DNA of 64,000 nt from positions 26,164,001 through 26,228,000 of the forward strand of contig NC_043003.1 of NCBI RefSeq assembly GCF_006345805.1, in the 5' to 3' direction. A program made the translations under genes and the position numbers. Origin of the DNA: Octopus sinensis (Eukaryota). This document shows, piece by piece, positions 12,712 to 24,889 of this stretch; positions within the stretch are counted from its first letter, which is position 1, and every line of letters begins with the position of its first letter. The notes below the pieces were generated by a model. That model had not been told where the DNA came from and did no database searches. It saw only the letters and a program-made list of their open reading frames with translations.

Positions 12712-14683
12712 ATATATATATATTTATATATATTCTATGGAGTCGTTATGCCAATATAGTTAACACACACACTATTTCAATTCCATTTGTTTTCTTTATT
12801 ATTAGTCAATTGGTTAAATATTCAACTAACTAATTTGTTTGTCAAAGCTCTTTTGTTGTGACTTGCAGCCTCTTCAATAACTATTGACTTAGTGTAGTAT
12901 AGAGGCTGTGTTTGTCTATTTGAAATTTGTTGTGTGCATGCCAACGTGTGCTTGTGTATGTATGTACATATGCATGCATGCATGCATGCATGTAAATGTA
13001 TTCTGCATATTCATGTTTGTGAACATGCTTGTGTGTTTGTGCATGTACTGCTGCTTCCTTGTGTGTACGTGTTTGTGCATATGAGTTTCTGTGAGAATGC
13101 ACATGTACCTGTTCTGTACGCAGGTGTGTTCATATGTATGTGTGTATGCATGTGTGTATATATGGTCATGTGTTTCTGTCTCCTTATGTGTGTGTGTGCT
13201 TGCTTGTCAGTCCATATTACCTATATACCTCCCTCCATACCTATGTATATGCCTATCTACATACCTACCTACTTATCTACTTATTAGCTGGTTTATCTTC
13301 CTACCTATTTACCAACCTACATAACTGAAGTAACTAACAAGTTATATAACTGACCTAACCACCTAAAACCCATCTACTTACCTACCTACTATTTACCTAG
13401 CACAGGTGAGGTTAGATTTGGCATGTATGTATACTCTGTGGGTGCTATCTGTAGCATTGGGGTGTCTCTACCTTCTGCATGTATTTCCAATTTTGTACAG
13501 GTAATGTTTCATTTATGAGGACAAGCTCTTGTATTTGTCTAAGTGACGGGCCCTTCGAATGCTTGGACAAAATGCAGATGTCAATTCAGCACAAACATGA
13601 CCATATGTACACACACACACACATAAAGGCACACATGCATACTTACACAAACTCATATGCATATGCACACACAAAGAAGCAGAGGCATGCAAACACATGC
13701 GCACACAACAAATCTCAGACAAATGTGGCCTCAATAATGGACTATGCCAATAGTCATTAAAAAGGTTGCAAGTAGCAACAAAAGAGTTGTGAGAAAGAAA
13801 AAAAACGAATCAGTTGGATATTTTACCAATTGACCAATAACAGAGGAAAGGAATGGAATTGAACCAGTGTGTGTTAATTATACTGGCATAATGATTCAGA
13901 CATAACAAAATTTGTTTCAACAGACAAATTCATATAAAGAATCTTGCAAACATACAAAAATGGTGTGTGTGTGTGTATAATTATCTCTGTTCTCTATGCT
14001 GGCATGGGTTGAATGGCTTGACATGACCTCGTAAGCCAGAAAGCTAGTCTACACATGTATGTGTGTGCAGAGGAAGTGGGGGTTTGTGTATCCTTCTTGA
14101 CATAGTGTGAGCATTATAAACATGTGTCACCATCATACAAGCAGCATCATTCATTCCCAATCTTCCATATAAATATGCCTGATCATGGGGAAATAATACA
14201 TTAAGTAAAGCTAGGTAAAGGTTGGTGACACAAAGGGCATCAGGCTATAGAAAATCTGCCTCAAAAAATTCCAAGCATGGAAAAGTAGAAGCCAAAACAA
14301 TGATGAAGATGAAACTCCATGTTGTTCCTGTTTAACTCAGGTTTGTTGAACTGTTCTCTGATGCAAATTATTCTGTGACCATAATCATTTTCCTTTGTCC
14401 CAGACTGTATCAACGACATTATCTTTTTAAGGTAATATTTAAAGGAGATTTGGCAGCTATTTCTAGCAGGTTGTGCAATCACATTGATACTTTTCTTTCA
14501 CTGGCTCAAGAAAGTGAACATTGTATTGTGTCCTATTATTAAACTTTTTTTTTAACTAAAATGGTAGCAAATAAAGGTGCCATTGAAAGAGATCTAAGTG
14601 GTCTTGAACAAGAAAAGGATCAAAGAAATTAATCAGAAAGCCAAAACAAAGAGAAACAAAAGACACTTGTGTTAGCTACTTAC

Positions 14684-14783
14684 TTGAAGTAATGCAATAA
14701 AGAGAAAAAACTGGTTAGCATATCTCCCAAACTGCTCAAACAAAAACTTTGGAAGAAATGAGGCAAAATTGTATTTGGCAGTG
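14684..14783 (-). CDS. ATP8A1: P4-ATPase exon (not in the ORF track): (S)[34 protein letters not shown]-terminal motif and TM1
   Basis: 100 nt = 1 nt + 33 codons. Strong pyrimidine tract and tttcag acceptor at 14784-14830, donor CAA|gtaagt at 14683-14678. Joins in frame to 1705-1607 and carries the conserved STAKY...[22 protein letters not shown] motif. Confidence 0.95.
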
Positions 14784-14889
14784 CTGAAATAAAGGGAAAA
14801 GAAGAACAATGAAAGAAACATGAAAAGAAGAAGAAATACAGAAATACAAATATGTCAAATGTGTATGTGTGTATATAAATATATATATA

Positions 14890-15168
14890 TCATCATCATT
14901 GTTTAACGTCTATCTTCTATGCATGCATGGGTAGGATGGTTGACAGGAGTCGGCCAAATAAAAAAAGACTACCCTAGGCTACTGTGTGTTTTGGGAGAGA
15001 TTTTATAGCTGGATGCTCTTCCTAACACTACCCACTCCGCAGAGTGGACTCAGTGTCTTTTACATATCACTAGCACAGGCAGTTAGTTTTGGCATGAATT
15101 TTACAGCTGGATGCCCTTCCAAACACCAACCATGTTACAGTGTAGACTGGATGCTTTTAACGTGGCAT
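14890..15168 (-). mobile_element. RTE-type 3' UTR fragments about 100 nt upstream of the 14783 acceptor
   Basis: catcatcat tail and two gctggatgcccttcc motifs. Confidence 0.6.
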
Positions 15169-15502
15169 ATATAAAAAGCAAGGGAGTTAAATGAAATTAA
15201 ACTTGTCCTTATCATCACTGACATTATTGCAACTTTCATGTTTTTGTTCAAAGACTGGAAATGATAGGCACTGATAACATACTGGTATTTAAACTGATTC
15301 ACAGAAAATCTCTTGTGGTTCTTTACATTCTGAGGTCAGATACCACTAAGGTCAGCTTTACCTTTCACATCTCCAAGATTGATAAAACAAAATACCAGTC
15401 AAGTACTGAGATGCTGATGATATCAACTAATCTCCTTCACCAAATTTCAGGCTTTGTGCTTATGCTAGAAGCATTTACTGTATTACAATCTAGTAGTAGT
15501 AG

Positions 15503-16009
15503 TAATAATAATAAAGCAACCATACTCTGGGATATGCAAATAAACACAGATAGAGAAATTAGGGCCAATAGGTTGGATATAGTTGTCAGAGATCATCAAG
15601 AATAAAAGTATTTTCTAATTGATGTATCAGTACCAACAGATGACAATGTTTCTCTAAAAGAAATGGAGAAACTTTCAAAATACAAAGCTGAAAATAGAGG
15701 TAACTCGAATGTGGAGCCTAAAAACAGAAACAATTCCTATCATAGTAGGTACATTAGGTATGATAAAAAAATATACAGACAAATACATAACAAAAACACC
15801 AGGACTAACAAATATATATAACATACAAAAAATAGCACTACTAGGCACTGCACACAGCCTATGTGAGACACTTTCAATAGAGTAAAAATGGGAGCATCAC
15901 AACAAACCACAGCACATACCCAAGGCACACAGAGCTGCGTTCAGTAGTGCAGTGAAAGCACGTGATAAAAATAAGACTACTGAATAATAATAATAATAAT
16001 AATAATAAT
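15503..16009 (+). mobile_element. 5'-truncated R4/Dong-like non-LTR retrotransposon (restriction-like endonuclease domain), pseudogenised
   Basis: LWDMQINTDREIRANRLDIVVRDHQE*KYFLIDVSVPTDDNVSLKEMEKLSKYK, then a frameshift, then IEVTRMWSLKTETIPIIVGTLGMIKK...IQKIALLGTAH (PD-D/ExK REL pattern). Stop at 15883-15885, short UTR and (TAA)n tail. Confidence 0.85.
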
Positions 16010-19000
16010 GGACTCTCCCATCAAAGATGACATGTGTTCAGCTCTTTGCCGAATGACTTGCACAAACGATTTGTTTATAGTGATGAAATGTATATAGCTT
16101 ACTTCCTCCATCAAACTGACATTGCCTGAAGAGGTGCACAGTGTATCACATGTCAAGTGTCGAAGTGATCATAGAGTAACATAAGATGATCATAGAGTAA
16201 CATAAGATGAAGTGTTTTGCTCAAGAACACAACACACCACCCAGTCTAGGAATTGAAACCACAATCTTGCAATCATGACTGCAACACGCTAACCACCAGG
16301 CCATGTATCCTCATACAACAACTACAATAACAATAATAATGGTTTCAAATCCTGGCACATGGCCAGCAATTTCAGGGGAGGAGATAAGTCAATTAGATCA
16401 ACCCCAGTGCTCAACTGATATTTATTTTATCAACTCTGAAAGGACGAAAGGCAAAGTCAACCTTGATGGAATTTGAATTCAGAACGTAAAAATGGATGAA
16501 ATGCCTCTAAACATTCTGTCCAGCATCCCAACAATTCTGCCAGCTTGCTAAAATATTAAAGACACACACAGAATCCATCAACAGCTTCATTGACAGACTG
16601 ATGTGCCAGCTGTTACCATTCTATCTTTAATATGAACATATTAATCTCAGATTTTCAACAGTGTTGCCATGTTTCACACATGAGAACCAGACATGCTAGA
16701 AATACCAGCCTGTCTCTCTCACATTACACCCTGCTATTTAAAAAAAAGAAAAACATGTTGAAGAATGTAACACTAGAAACGTATATCAAAGACAAGATGG
16801 AGATTTAGTTCTAGTTTCTAGTAAGTCAAACAACCATCTTTATTTCTTTCATAGTGTCACATTTGTGGCTCACCATCATTGTTTACATTTTAATCCTCTG
16901 GCATTTGAACCAACCATATCCAGCCTTAACATTCAACCAGTTTTATGTTCAAAACTGGTCAGATCCAGCCTGTTACACCTATCCCACAATGTCATTGCAA
17001 AAATAAACAATCGCATTATAAAAATCTCAAAGTGACGAGATAATGAATGATTAATTCAAAACAATGTGAATAAATAAGTATTACATTTAAACAGAGACAT
17101 CTGGATGGCTAATCCTCATCATGAAATGTCATACATATCCTCATTGAAGCACAAAACACTAACACACGAACACAAGCACAGACATTCATGTATTACACAG
17201 CACCATTTGCTGAACTTATCATTAAATTTGGAAATGAAGGATTACAGTTTGAATCCTGAAAATCTTTTTTCTTTTATTTGTTTCAGTCATTGAACCATGG
17301 CCATACTGGGGCACTACATTGAAAAGTTTAGTTAATCAAAATTCACCCAATTACTCAAGTCTGCTGCTTATTCTATTAATCTCTTTTTGCCAAACTGCCC
17401 TGTTAGAAGGATGTAAAGTAATGAGCATGAGTTGCCAAGCTGTGAAGGACAAACAAAAACACACATGCACAGATGGGTACAGGCATGGCTGTGTGGTTAA
17501 GAAGTTCACTTCCTAACCATGTGGCCTGAGGTTCAGCTCCTTTGCATGACACTTGAGGCAAATTTTTCTAATATAAATCTGGGCCAACCTTGTGAGTGGA
17601 TTTGGCAGCTGTAACCAATCCTTTTTCTAAAGGAACAAGACTTGAAATTTTAGAGGAGGAAGCTAGTCGATTACACTGACCTCAGTGGAATTTTAACTCA
17701 GAACATAAAATTACTATAACTGAAAGAAGATGTATGTGTGTGTGTGTGTGTGTATAAAAGGATGCCTGTCTGTGTGTCTGCACGAGCAGCTTTGCATTTC
17801 CCTAATCTACATACATATTTGCTTGCTGATTACAAATAATGGTCTTGTTCATATGTTCTGCATGCAGCCCACTGCAAAAGCCTGTCCAGGCTTTTTTGTT
17901 TTTTTACATGCCTTGACATCTTGCACAATCTTTGTAGACAAAAACCTCATTCATACAATGTTGTTTGCTTCTGATTCTGCATGTAGGCATGTCTGAATAG
18001 TTTGTTATTCGATAACTTGGGAGATTATTATCACACTTGGAAACAAGCAGGGATTAAGAACAAGAAGGGTATGCAGAAGCAGAAAACTTTGCTCCAACAT
18101 ACACTCATCCGACCCATGCAAACATGGAAAAGTAGGCATTGAAATGATATTTTAAATTCGTGTTGTAAGACAAGTTTCAGTTTTAATAAAAACCATATTC
18201 TCTAAAAATGAAGTGAACACTTCACACTCATTTCCCCGACACAAATCAACATGCATATATGTGGTGAGATTCAGCATAGTTTCCATATGGCTTTGAAGAC
18301 ACAGAGCTACCAGATTGTTTGACAGGGAAAATAATGACAATGTCACAGTTTGTAGGTCAGCAATATTTTTGGAGGTGTGCAATGGTAAACACAAACACAC
18401 ACACACAATGGGCTTCTTTAAATTTCTGTCAACCAAATCAACTTTCACTGACGTTTTGGTTGGCCTAGGGCTATAAAAAGAAAACATATTTGTCTAAGGT
18501 GCTGTGCAGTTGAACTGCACCCAAAACCATGCAATTCTGGAGCAGAATTCTGAACCCCATAGACAAGGTTTGGAAAAAAAAAAGACTTAAGCTGGTTTCA
18601 ATTTCCAGCAGGGGAAAAAGAAAAAACAAAAATAAACATTTCAGTTCAGTTCAGTTCAGTTCACTTCACTTCACTTTATTTACACCGTTAATGGCATCGA
18701 GGAAAGGTATAAATGTTGGCACTCTTCTTTCCCTTTCACTAAAGACTTGCAGGTTTTATAGATTTGGCAGAATGAAAAATTATAGCTGTAGCTGTGAGAA
18801 CACTGCCAGCAAGACAGCTGCCTACATCACTTTCAGCTTTACATCAAACATATTTGCTACACTGAACTGAACAAATTTTACAATAGATGTGAAGGAAACA
18901 CATATTGGAGAGTCTGGTAGAACTTGACTTTAATGTGTCGCTGCAGTTTATAGATACACGTAAAGCATTATGCATACACACAAATACTGAAGTAAATGCA

Positions 19001-19059
19001 GGTACACGCATATAAGCACTAAGGTAAATGTAAATCAGACACACACATAGAAAGATATA

Positions 19060-19660
19060 TATACTTATATACACACATACATACTTACATATATACATAC
19101 ATATATATATACATACATACATACATATATATATATATACATACATACGTACATATATATATACATACATACATACATATATATATACATACATACATAC
19201 ATATATATACATACATACTTATATACCTACATACATATATATACATACATACATACATACATACATATACATACATACATATATATACATACATACATAT
19301 ACATACATACATATATATCATCATCATCATCATCATCGTTTAGCGTCCGTTTTCCATGCTAGCATGGGTTGGACGGTTCTACTGGGGTCTGTGAAGCCAG
19401 AAGGCTTCATCAGGCCCAGTCAAATCTGGCAGTGTTTCACGGCTGGATGCCCTTCCTAACGCCAACCACTCCGTGAGTGTAGTGGGTGCTTTTTACGTGC
19501 CACCCGCACTGGTGCCAGACAGAGCTGGCAAACGGCCACGAACGGATGGTGCTTTTTATGTGCCACACGGCACGAGGGCCAGGCGAGGCTGGCAACGGAC
19601 ACGAAACGGGGCGATATATATATATACACGACATACTTATATACATGTATATATATATAT

Positions 19661-19691
<31 letters not shown>

Positions 19692-19776
19692 CAAATATAT
19701 ATATAATATATATATATACAATATATATATATATATATATATATACAAATATATATATATATATATATATATACAA

Positions 19777-19832
<56 letters not shown>

Positions 19833-20158
19833 CATACTTATATACATGTATATTAATATATGTATACATATCTCTGGGAACACACACACTGTGTGTTTTT
19901 AGAGATGTATGTCTGTATATGACAGGAAATTAGATTTATTGATTAGTATCAATATAAGTGCAAGAAATAGAATGTGTTCAACAACTCTACACTAATCTAT
20001 TAGATATATATATACATACATATATATATATACATATATATATATACATACATACATATATATATATACATACATACATATATATATACATACATATATA
20101 TATACATACATACATACATATATACATACATACATACATACATATATATATACATACA

Positions 20159-20192
<34 letters not shown>

Positions 20193-20285
20193 CATACATA
20201 TATATATACATACATATATATATATATACATATACATATATATATATACATACATATATATATATATATGTATGTATAGATACAT
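19060..20285. repeat. Compound (TA)n/(TACA)n microsatellite blocks (19060-19317, 19614-19870, 20000-20285)
   Basis: Direct reading. Confidence 0.95.
19318..19612 (-). mobile_element. Young CpG-rich RTE 3' UTR copy
   Basis: (CAT)n tail then cgtttagcgtccgttttccatgctagcatgggttggacgg ... gctggatgcccttcctaacgccaaccactcc. Confidence 0.75.
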
Positions 20286-21164
20286 AGATATCATACATGT
20301 CTACAGATATCTATTATACACACCTATAAAGATAAGCATATATGTACAGTGTGTGCATAAGCTTAAATATTGTATATATTATGCATACATATAATTATAT
20401 ATACACATATATATGTATTGGTACATCTGCGTGCGTGTGTACATGTGTATATGTGAGTGTGAATGTGTATGTGTCACTGTTCATATGGGGGAGTAAGGAG
20501 AAAGATTGAGAGAGTGTGTGTGTGCATGTATGTGTTAATGTTTAACAATTCTCAATGTGGTGAGCCTAAAGATATCACGATAAACGTTTAGAGTAACAAA
20601 AATGCACACTTGTAGGAAACTGTACACACACACACACACACATTCCACAAGAACACACCTAAAAGTATGTTCACACACAAGGACACATACATTCATGCAC
20701 AAGCACATTTCCAAAAGCATGTTTATACACACACACACACACAGACACACTCATGCACAGACGCAAGAATGAGTACTAAGAAATAATGTTATTGTTAACG
20801 AAGGAAGTCACCGAGTTTATATCGTTTCCAAGAAAACAAGTCTGAATAAGAAATAGATAAATCGTAATGTAATCAAATGCATAAGAGTTATGACCATTCC
20901 ATCATTGTAGGGTTACATTATATGTCCTTTCTTTAAGATTTAAGTATATGGTAAGATCCCCCACCTCAGATATGATACAGAATCAAAAAACTGATCAACT
21001 GGGGTTAACCTTTCATTTAGGAAACAAGAATAATCAGTAAGAATACATAAAATCTGAAAGCAAGGGAAATAACTCCAATGAGATCAATCAACTGGAACAA
21101 TATATTGGACAATATAAATAATACTGACTGACGTGGATCTGCTCTTTAAACCCAACTAATGGAA

Positions 21165-21204
21165 CCAAGACATGTTTCAATATAATTAGACCTCATCAGC
21201 AAAG
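21165..21204 (-). ncRNA. Degenerate minimal hammerhead-ribozyme-like motif (Penelope-LTR type)
   Basis: Minus strand reads g-CTGATGA-GGTCT-AATT-ATATT-GAAAC-AT-GTC-TTGG. Core nucleotides intact, stems I and II imperfect. Confidence 0.4.
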
Positions 21205-21408
21205 CATACTCTATTCAGTTGGCAAAACTTACTTGAATGGATGAATAAATAATAGCCATCCAGATGGTAGCTTGAGGATAGGTGCCTCATACACAAACCG
21301 TCTTAAGTTTTGAGGCTCTCTCTAGGATAGAAAGGGTCGAGTTCTCTTCCAGTTTGATTTACTGCCAAGGTTGACTATTTTAGCTTTTGCCTCTTCACAT
21401 GCACTCAC

Positions 21409-21524
21409 ATGCAGTGAAGGTGTATACGCTGAGTTTGTCTTCCCTCTGTATGACTGTTGAACCCAGACTGCCCACCAAGATATATCACCAGTCTATCTGT
21501 TGAACTGCTTTCTCCTGGAGACAT
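21409..21524 (-). CDS. Candidate alternative first coding exon of the flippase: MSPGESSSTDRLVIYLGGQSGFNSHTEGRQTQRIHLHC(I)
   Basis: ATG at 21524 with A at -3 and an in-frame TAA just upstream. 38 open codons + 2 nt, then consensus donor AT|gtgagt. Phase 2 matches the acceptor at 14783 (AT+C = Ile, then TAKY). Unique non-repetitive sequence. No transcript evidence. Confidence 0.5.
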
Positions 21525-21589
21525 GCTTTAACTAAAAAGTGAAGTGTCTCACACCTAGCAGTCTTATTGCATGCAGGACATTAAACCTG

Positions 21590-21660
21590 TGTATTATGCT
21601 ATGACTTAGAGTGAACATTATATATAAATTTGAACTATATACCTGACCACTGACGTTGGT
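21590..21660 (-). promoter_or_regulatory. Possible core promoter of the candidate alternative exon
   Basis: TATATATAA at 21626-21618 and a CRE-like TGACGT at 21651-21656, about 95-130 nt upstream of the ATG. Short motifs in AT-rich DNA, so weak. Confidence 0.25.
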
Positions 21661-21946
21661 GTTTTTGTGTTCATGCTAGAATTTATCTTTTTGAAAGTGG
21701 GATAATGAAGTTCAGTGTTGACTCTGGTGGATTTGACTCAAAGATACAAAGATGAGACAAGAGGAAATGAGGTGGGAGAGGATATGAGACAGGACAAGGT
21801 GGGAGGGGATATAAGATAGGGTGAGACAGGACAGAGTGGGAGAGGATGAGGGAAAGAGAGGGAGGGAATAGGATATGAAATGAGACAGGACAGGAGTGGA
21901 TATGAGACGGGGTAGGGTGGGAGGGGAAATGAAATAGGACAGGGTG

Positions 21947-22435
21947 GGAGGGGATGCAAGATGGGACAAGGCGGGAGGGGATGCAAGATGGGACAAGGCG
22001 GGAGGGGATGCAAGATGGGACAAGGCGGGAGGGGATGCAAGATGGGACAAGGCGGGAGGGGATGCAAGATGGGACAAAGCGGGAGGGGATGCAAGATGGG
22101 ACAAAGCGGGAGGGGATGCAAGATGGGACAAAGCGGGAGGGGATGCAAGATGGGACAAAGCGGGAGGGGATGCAAGATGGGACAAAGCGGAGGGGATGCA
22201 GATGGGACAAAGCGGGAGGGGATGCAAGATGGGACAAAGCGGGAGGGGATGCAAGATGGGACAAAGCGGGAGGGGATGCAAGATGGGACAAAGCGGGAGG
22301 GGATGCAAGATGGGACAAAGCGGGAGGGGATGCAAGATGGGACAAAGCGGGAGGGGATGCAAGATGGAAAAAGGTGGGAGGGGATACAAAATGGAAGAAG
22401 GCAGGAGGGAATACAAAATGGAATAAGTGGGAGGG
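21947..22435. repeat. 27-bp G-rich minisatellite (GGGAGGGGATGCAAGATGGGACAAAGC)n
   Basis: About 15 near-identical units (one with a 2-nt deletion near 22190-22200) plus 3 degenerate units. The first units carry ACAAGGC, later ones ACAAAGC. Confidence 0.95.
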
Positions 22436-22570
22436 GATACAGGTGTGAAATGGGATGAGGAAGAAGGGGACATAGGACAAGACAAAGGAGGAGGGGAAAC
22501 CGGACAGGACGAGGTGAAGCGGGAGGGGATACGGGAAAGGATGAAGCAAGACAAGATGGGATGGGTGAGA

Positions 22571-22678
22571 TGGGACGGGTGAGGAGATGGGACGAGCGAG
22601 GAGACGGGACGGGTGAGGAGACGGGACGGGTGAGGAGACGGGACGGGTGAGGAGACGGGACGGATGAGGAGACGGGAC
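22571..22678. repeat. 17-bp minisatellite (GGGACGGGTGAGGAGAC)n, about 6 units
   Basis: Direct reading. Confidence 0.9.
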
Positions 22679-23199
22679 AAGAGTGGAGACAAAACCAGAC
22701 AAAAGCAGAAAGAAAACAAGACAAAAATAAAAGTCAAGAAAGAATAAAGCTGTGCTATAACCAAATACTAAGACAATTGAATTACAAAGTGAGTCTATAA
22801 ATGACACAAAGACATCTTCTTCAGACTTCATTATTTTTACTGCTGCCACCCAGCCCACCCTAGGACCCAATTACCAATTCTAATAACATCCACCCCATTC
22901 ACAAACATGCACTGTCAAAGTATCAAAGTTATCATTTCATTTTCCTTATTTGTTATCTTGTTTTTGTATTATCTCTCTTTTCAAAATCTTTATTTCATAA
23001 AAAAATAATTAAGGTATAAAATTAGCAGCACTTTATGACATTTGCTTTTCTTTTCTTTTTTTTTTTTTTTTTTTGCTTTTAGATTTCCTAAATCAATTCA
23101 CCACGGAAAGAATTGCAAAGAATCGACAAGGAAATTAGCATGATCGTTTACATTATTATACAACGAATGAACAAATGAATAAAAAAAAAAAAATGAACG

Positions 23200-23243
23200 A
23201 GCGAATGAGAGACAGAAAGACAAAGAGAATGAGAGAGAGAGAG

Positions 23244-23278
<35 letters not shown>

Positions 23279-23334
23279 AAAAAAGAAAGAAAGAAGAAAG
23301 AAAGAAAAAAAGAAAGAAAGAAAGAAAGAAAGAA

Positions 23335-23375
<41 letters not shown>
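23200..23375. repeat. (GAAA)n/(GA)n microsatellite
   Basis: Direct reading. Confidence 0.95.
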
Positions 23376-23379
<4 letters not shown>

Positions 23380-24102
23380 CCTCAAATGGTAGCAAATTTA
23401 ATTGGCAGACAATTTTTTCCTTTTTTTTTTTTAGCACAATTACATTATGATCTAATTTTGTCCAATTACTTTAGAATATTCACACCTTGGATGGAATTGA
23501 CAATTTAACTCTCGATATAGTGGAATGTCACCAGTTACACAAGTAATACAGTTTGTAATTAAATAGGAATATACCAAATGACTACTACTACTACTGATAA
23601 CCAACTAAGCTTGATGATAATAATGATCCAAGAGTTCATTAGCCTTTTTGATACCAACCCTCCTGAGACAGTCCCTGGACTTATGTTACAAACTTCCTGC
23701 TTTAATATGATCTAAATTAAAACCTTCCATCAAAATTTTGTGTTGATTTGTGTTTCAAACATCAGCTTAATAATAATGACAAGTTATTTAACTAAAACTT
23801 TCATTGTTTCCAAAATTAGGCAGTATATTTGTATGTTTCATGAGAAATATGGTAACAAATAGGTTAGAAGAGAAAGAGAGAGATGTATAGAATTTATGTG
23901 TGAGGAAGATCTTAGAGAGCTTAGTACCAAAGTCTGATTGTGAAAGCTCTGCAAATCATTAAACTGGATAATGGTGCCAAAAACTATCAAATCAATTCAA
24001 AGTTGTGACTAGAATTGACAATTATTTGAATCTCTTGTGCCCAGTCAGGGGTGTCACATCTATTTAGTTTTTCTGAAACCTCACTCAACAATAAACTCAA
24101 TA

Positions 24103-24350
24103 TCCATCCATCCGTCTTCTCCCAATGACTATTCCTGGGAGGGCTGTCAGAGTAGGGTTCTCAGGCCCTCCTTCATCGATCCTATAAGAAACGACCATCA
24201 TTAGACTTTCTGGCTGGATTCCCAAGAGCGGCCAACTGAGCCTATGAATATTATCCAACCATCTCGTTCTTGTTCTATCTCTAGGCCTCCTGCCAGTTGG
24301 CTAAGCTTGAAGAGTCCAGCCTGCAATTCTTTCCTACAAGATTCTTATCC
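24103..24350 (-). mobile_element. RTE LINE 3' fragment
   Basis: Minus strand: QERIAGWTLQA*PTGRRPRDRTRTRWLDNIHRLSWPLLGIQPESLM, plus a (TGGA)n tail. Same family as 35600-35970. Confidence 0.8.
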
Positions 24351-24889
24351 TAGAGCACACAACCATTATAAACTCTATATTGTTTGAAAATAGTAACTAA
24401 ACGATTTTCAAGACCAGAACACATAAGTACTTAGATTTCTTTAGATTATTTTCATTGCCAATACATACTGCACATCCAAATGAGAATCAACCAACATAAT
24501 CAGTTATGCCTTTATGACAATATAACAACATTGATATGATTATAATGTATGATAGTTCAAAAATAGTTAAACCATTATGACAACATGATTACAGTTAAAA
24601 ACATTATAGTATATTGCCATACAATTAGTCATACTAATATAGTATATAGCATGATAATTATAGCTAAACCAGAATAGTAAATGAGTATATAATTACATTT
24701 CTACCATTATAGTATAGGACAATGTAATCATGGTTATATGAATATAGTTCATGACAATTATATTCTCCTAGAGGGAGTGTTTGTCTTCGAATTACATAGA
24801 TAATCTTAGTTAGTCAAAGTTTTTTTGACTTACTATATTACATATAGTAAGTATGAGACAATATATTACATATATGAGACAATAAATTA

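Noticed and set aside
19392-19413. CTGATGA followed by hairpin AGCC-TTCT-GGCT on the minus strand
   Set aside because: No GAAA after the stem, and it lies in an RTE UTR, so it is not a hammerhead.
18844-20298. YI/MYV-rich ORFs
   Set aside because: (TA)n/(TACA)n microsatellites.
21947-22435. CRISPR-like regular repeat
   Set aside because: Units are contiguous with no unique spacers, the context is eukaryotic, and no cas genes are present.
21683-22870. Long ORFs (395, 350, 328 aa minus; 160-165 aa plus)
   Set aside because: All six frames are open only because the 27-bp and 17-bp units lack stops. A 2-nt deletion shifts frames without consequence, and there are no splice or homology signals.
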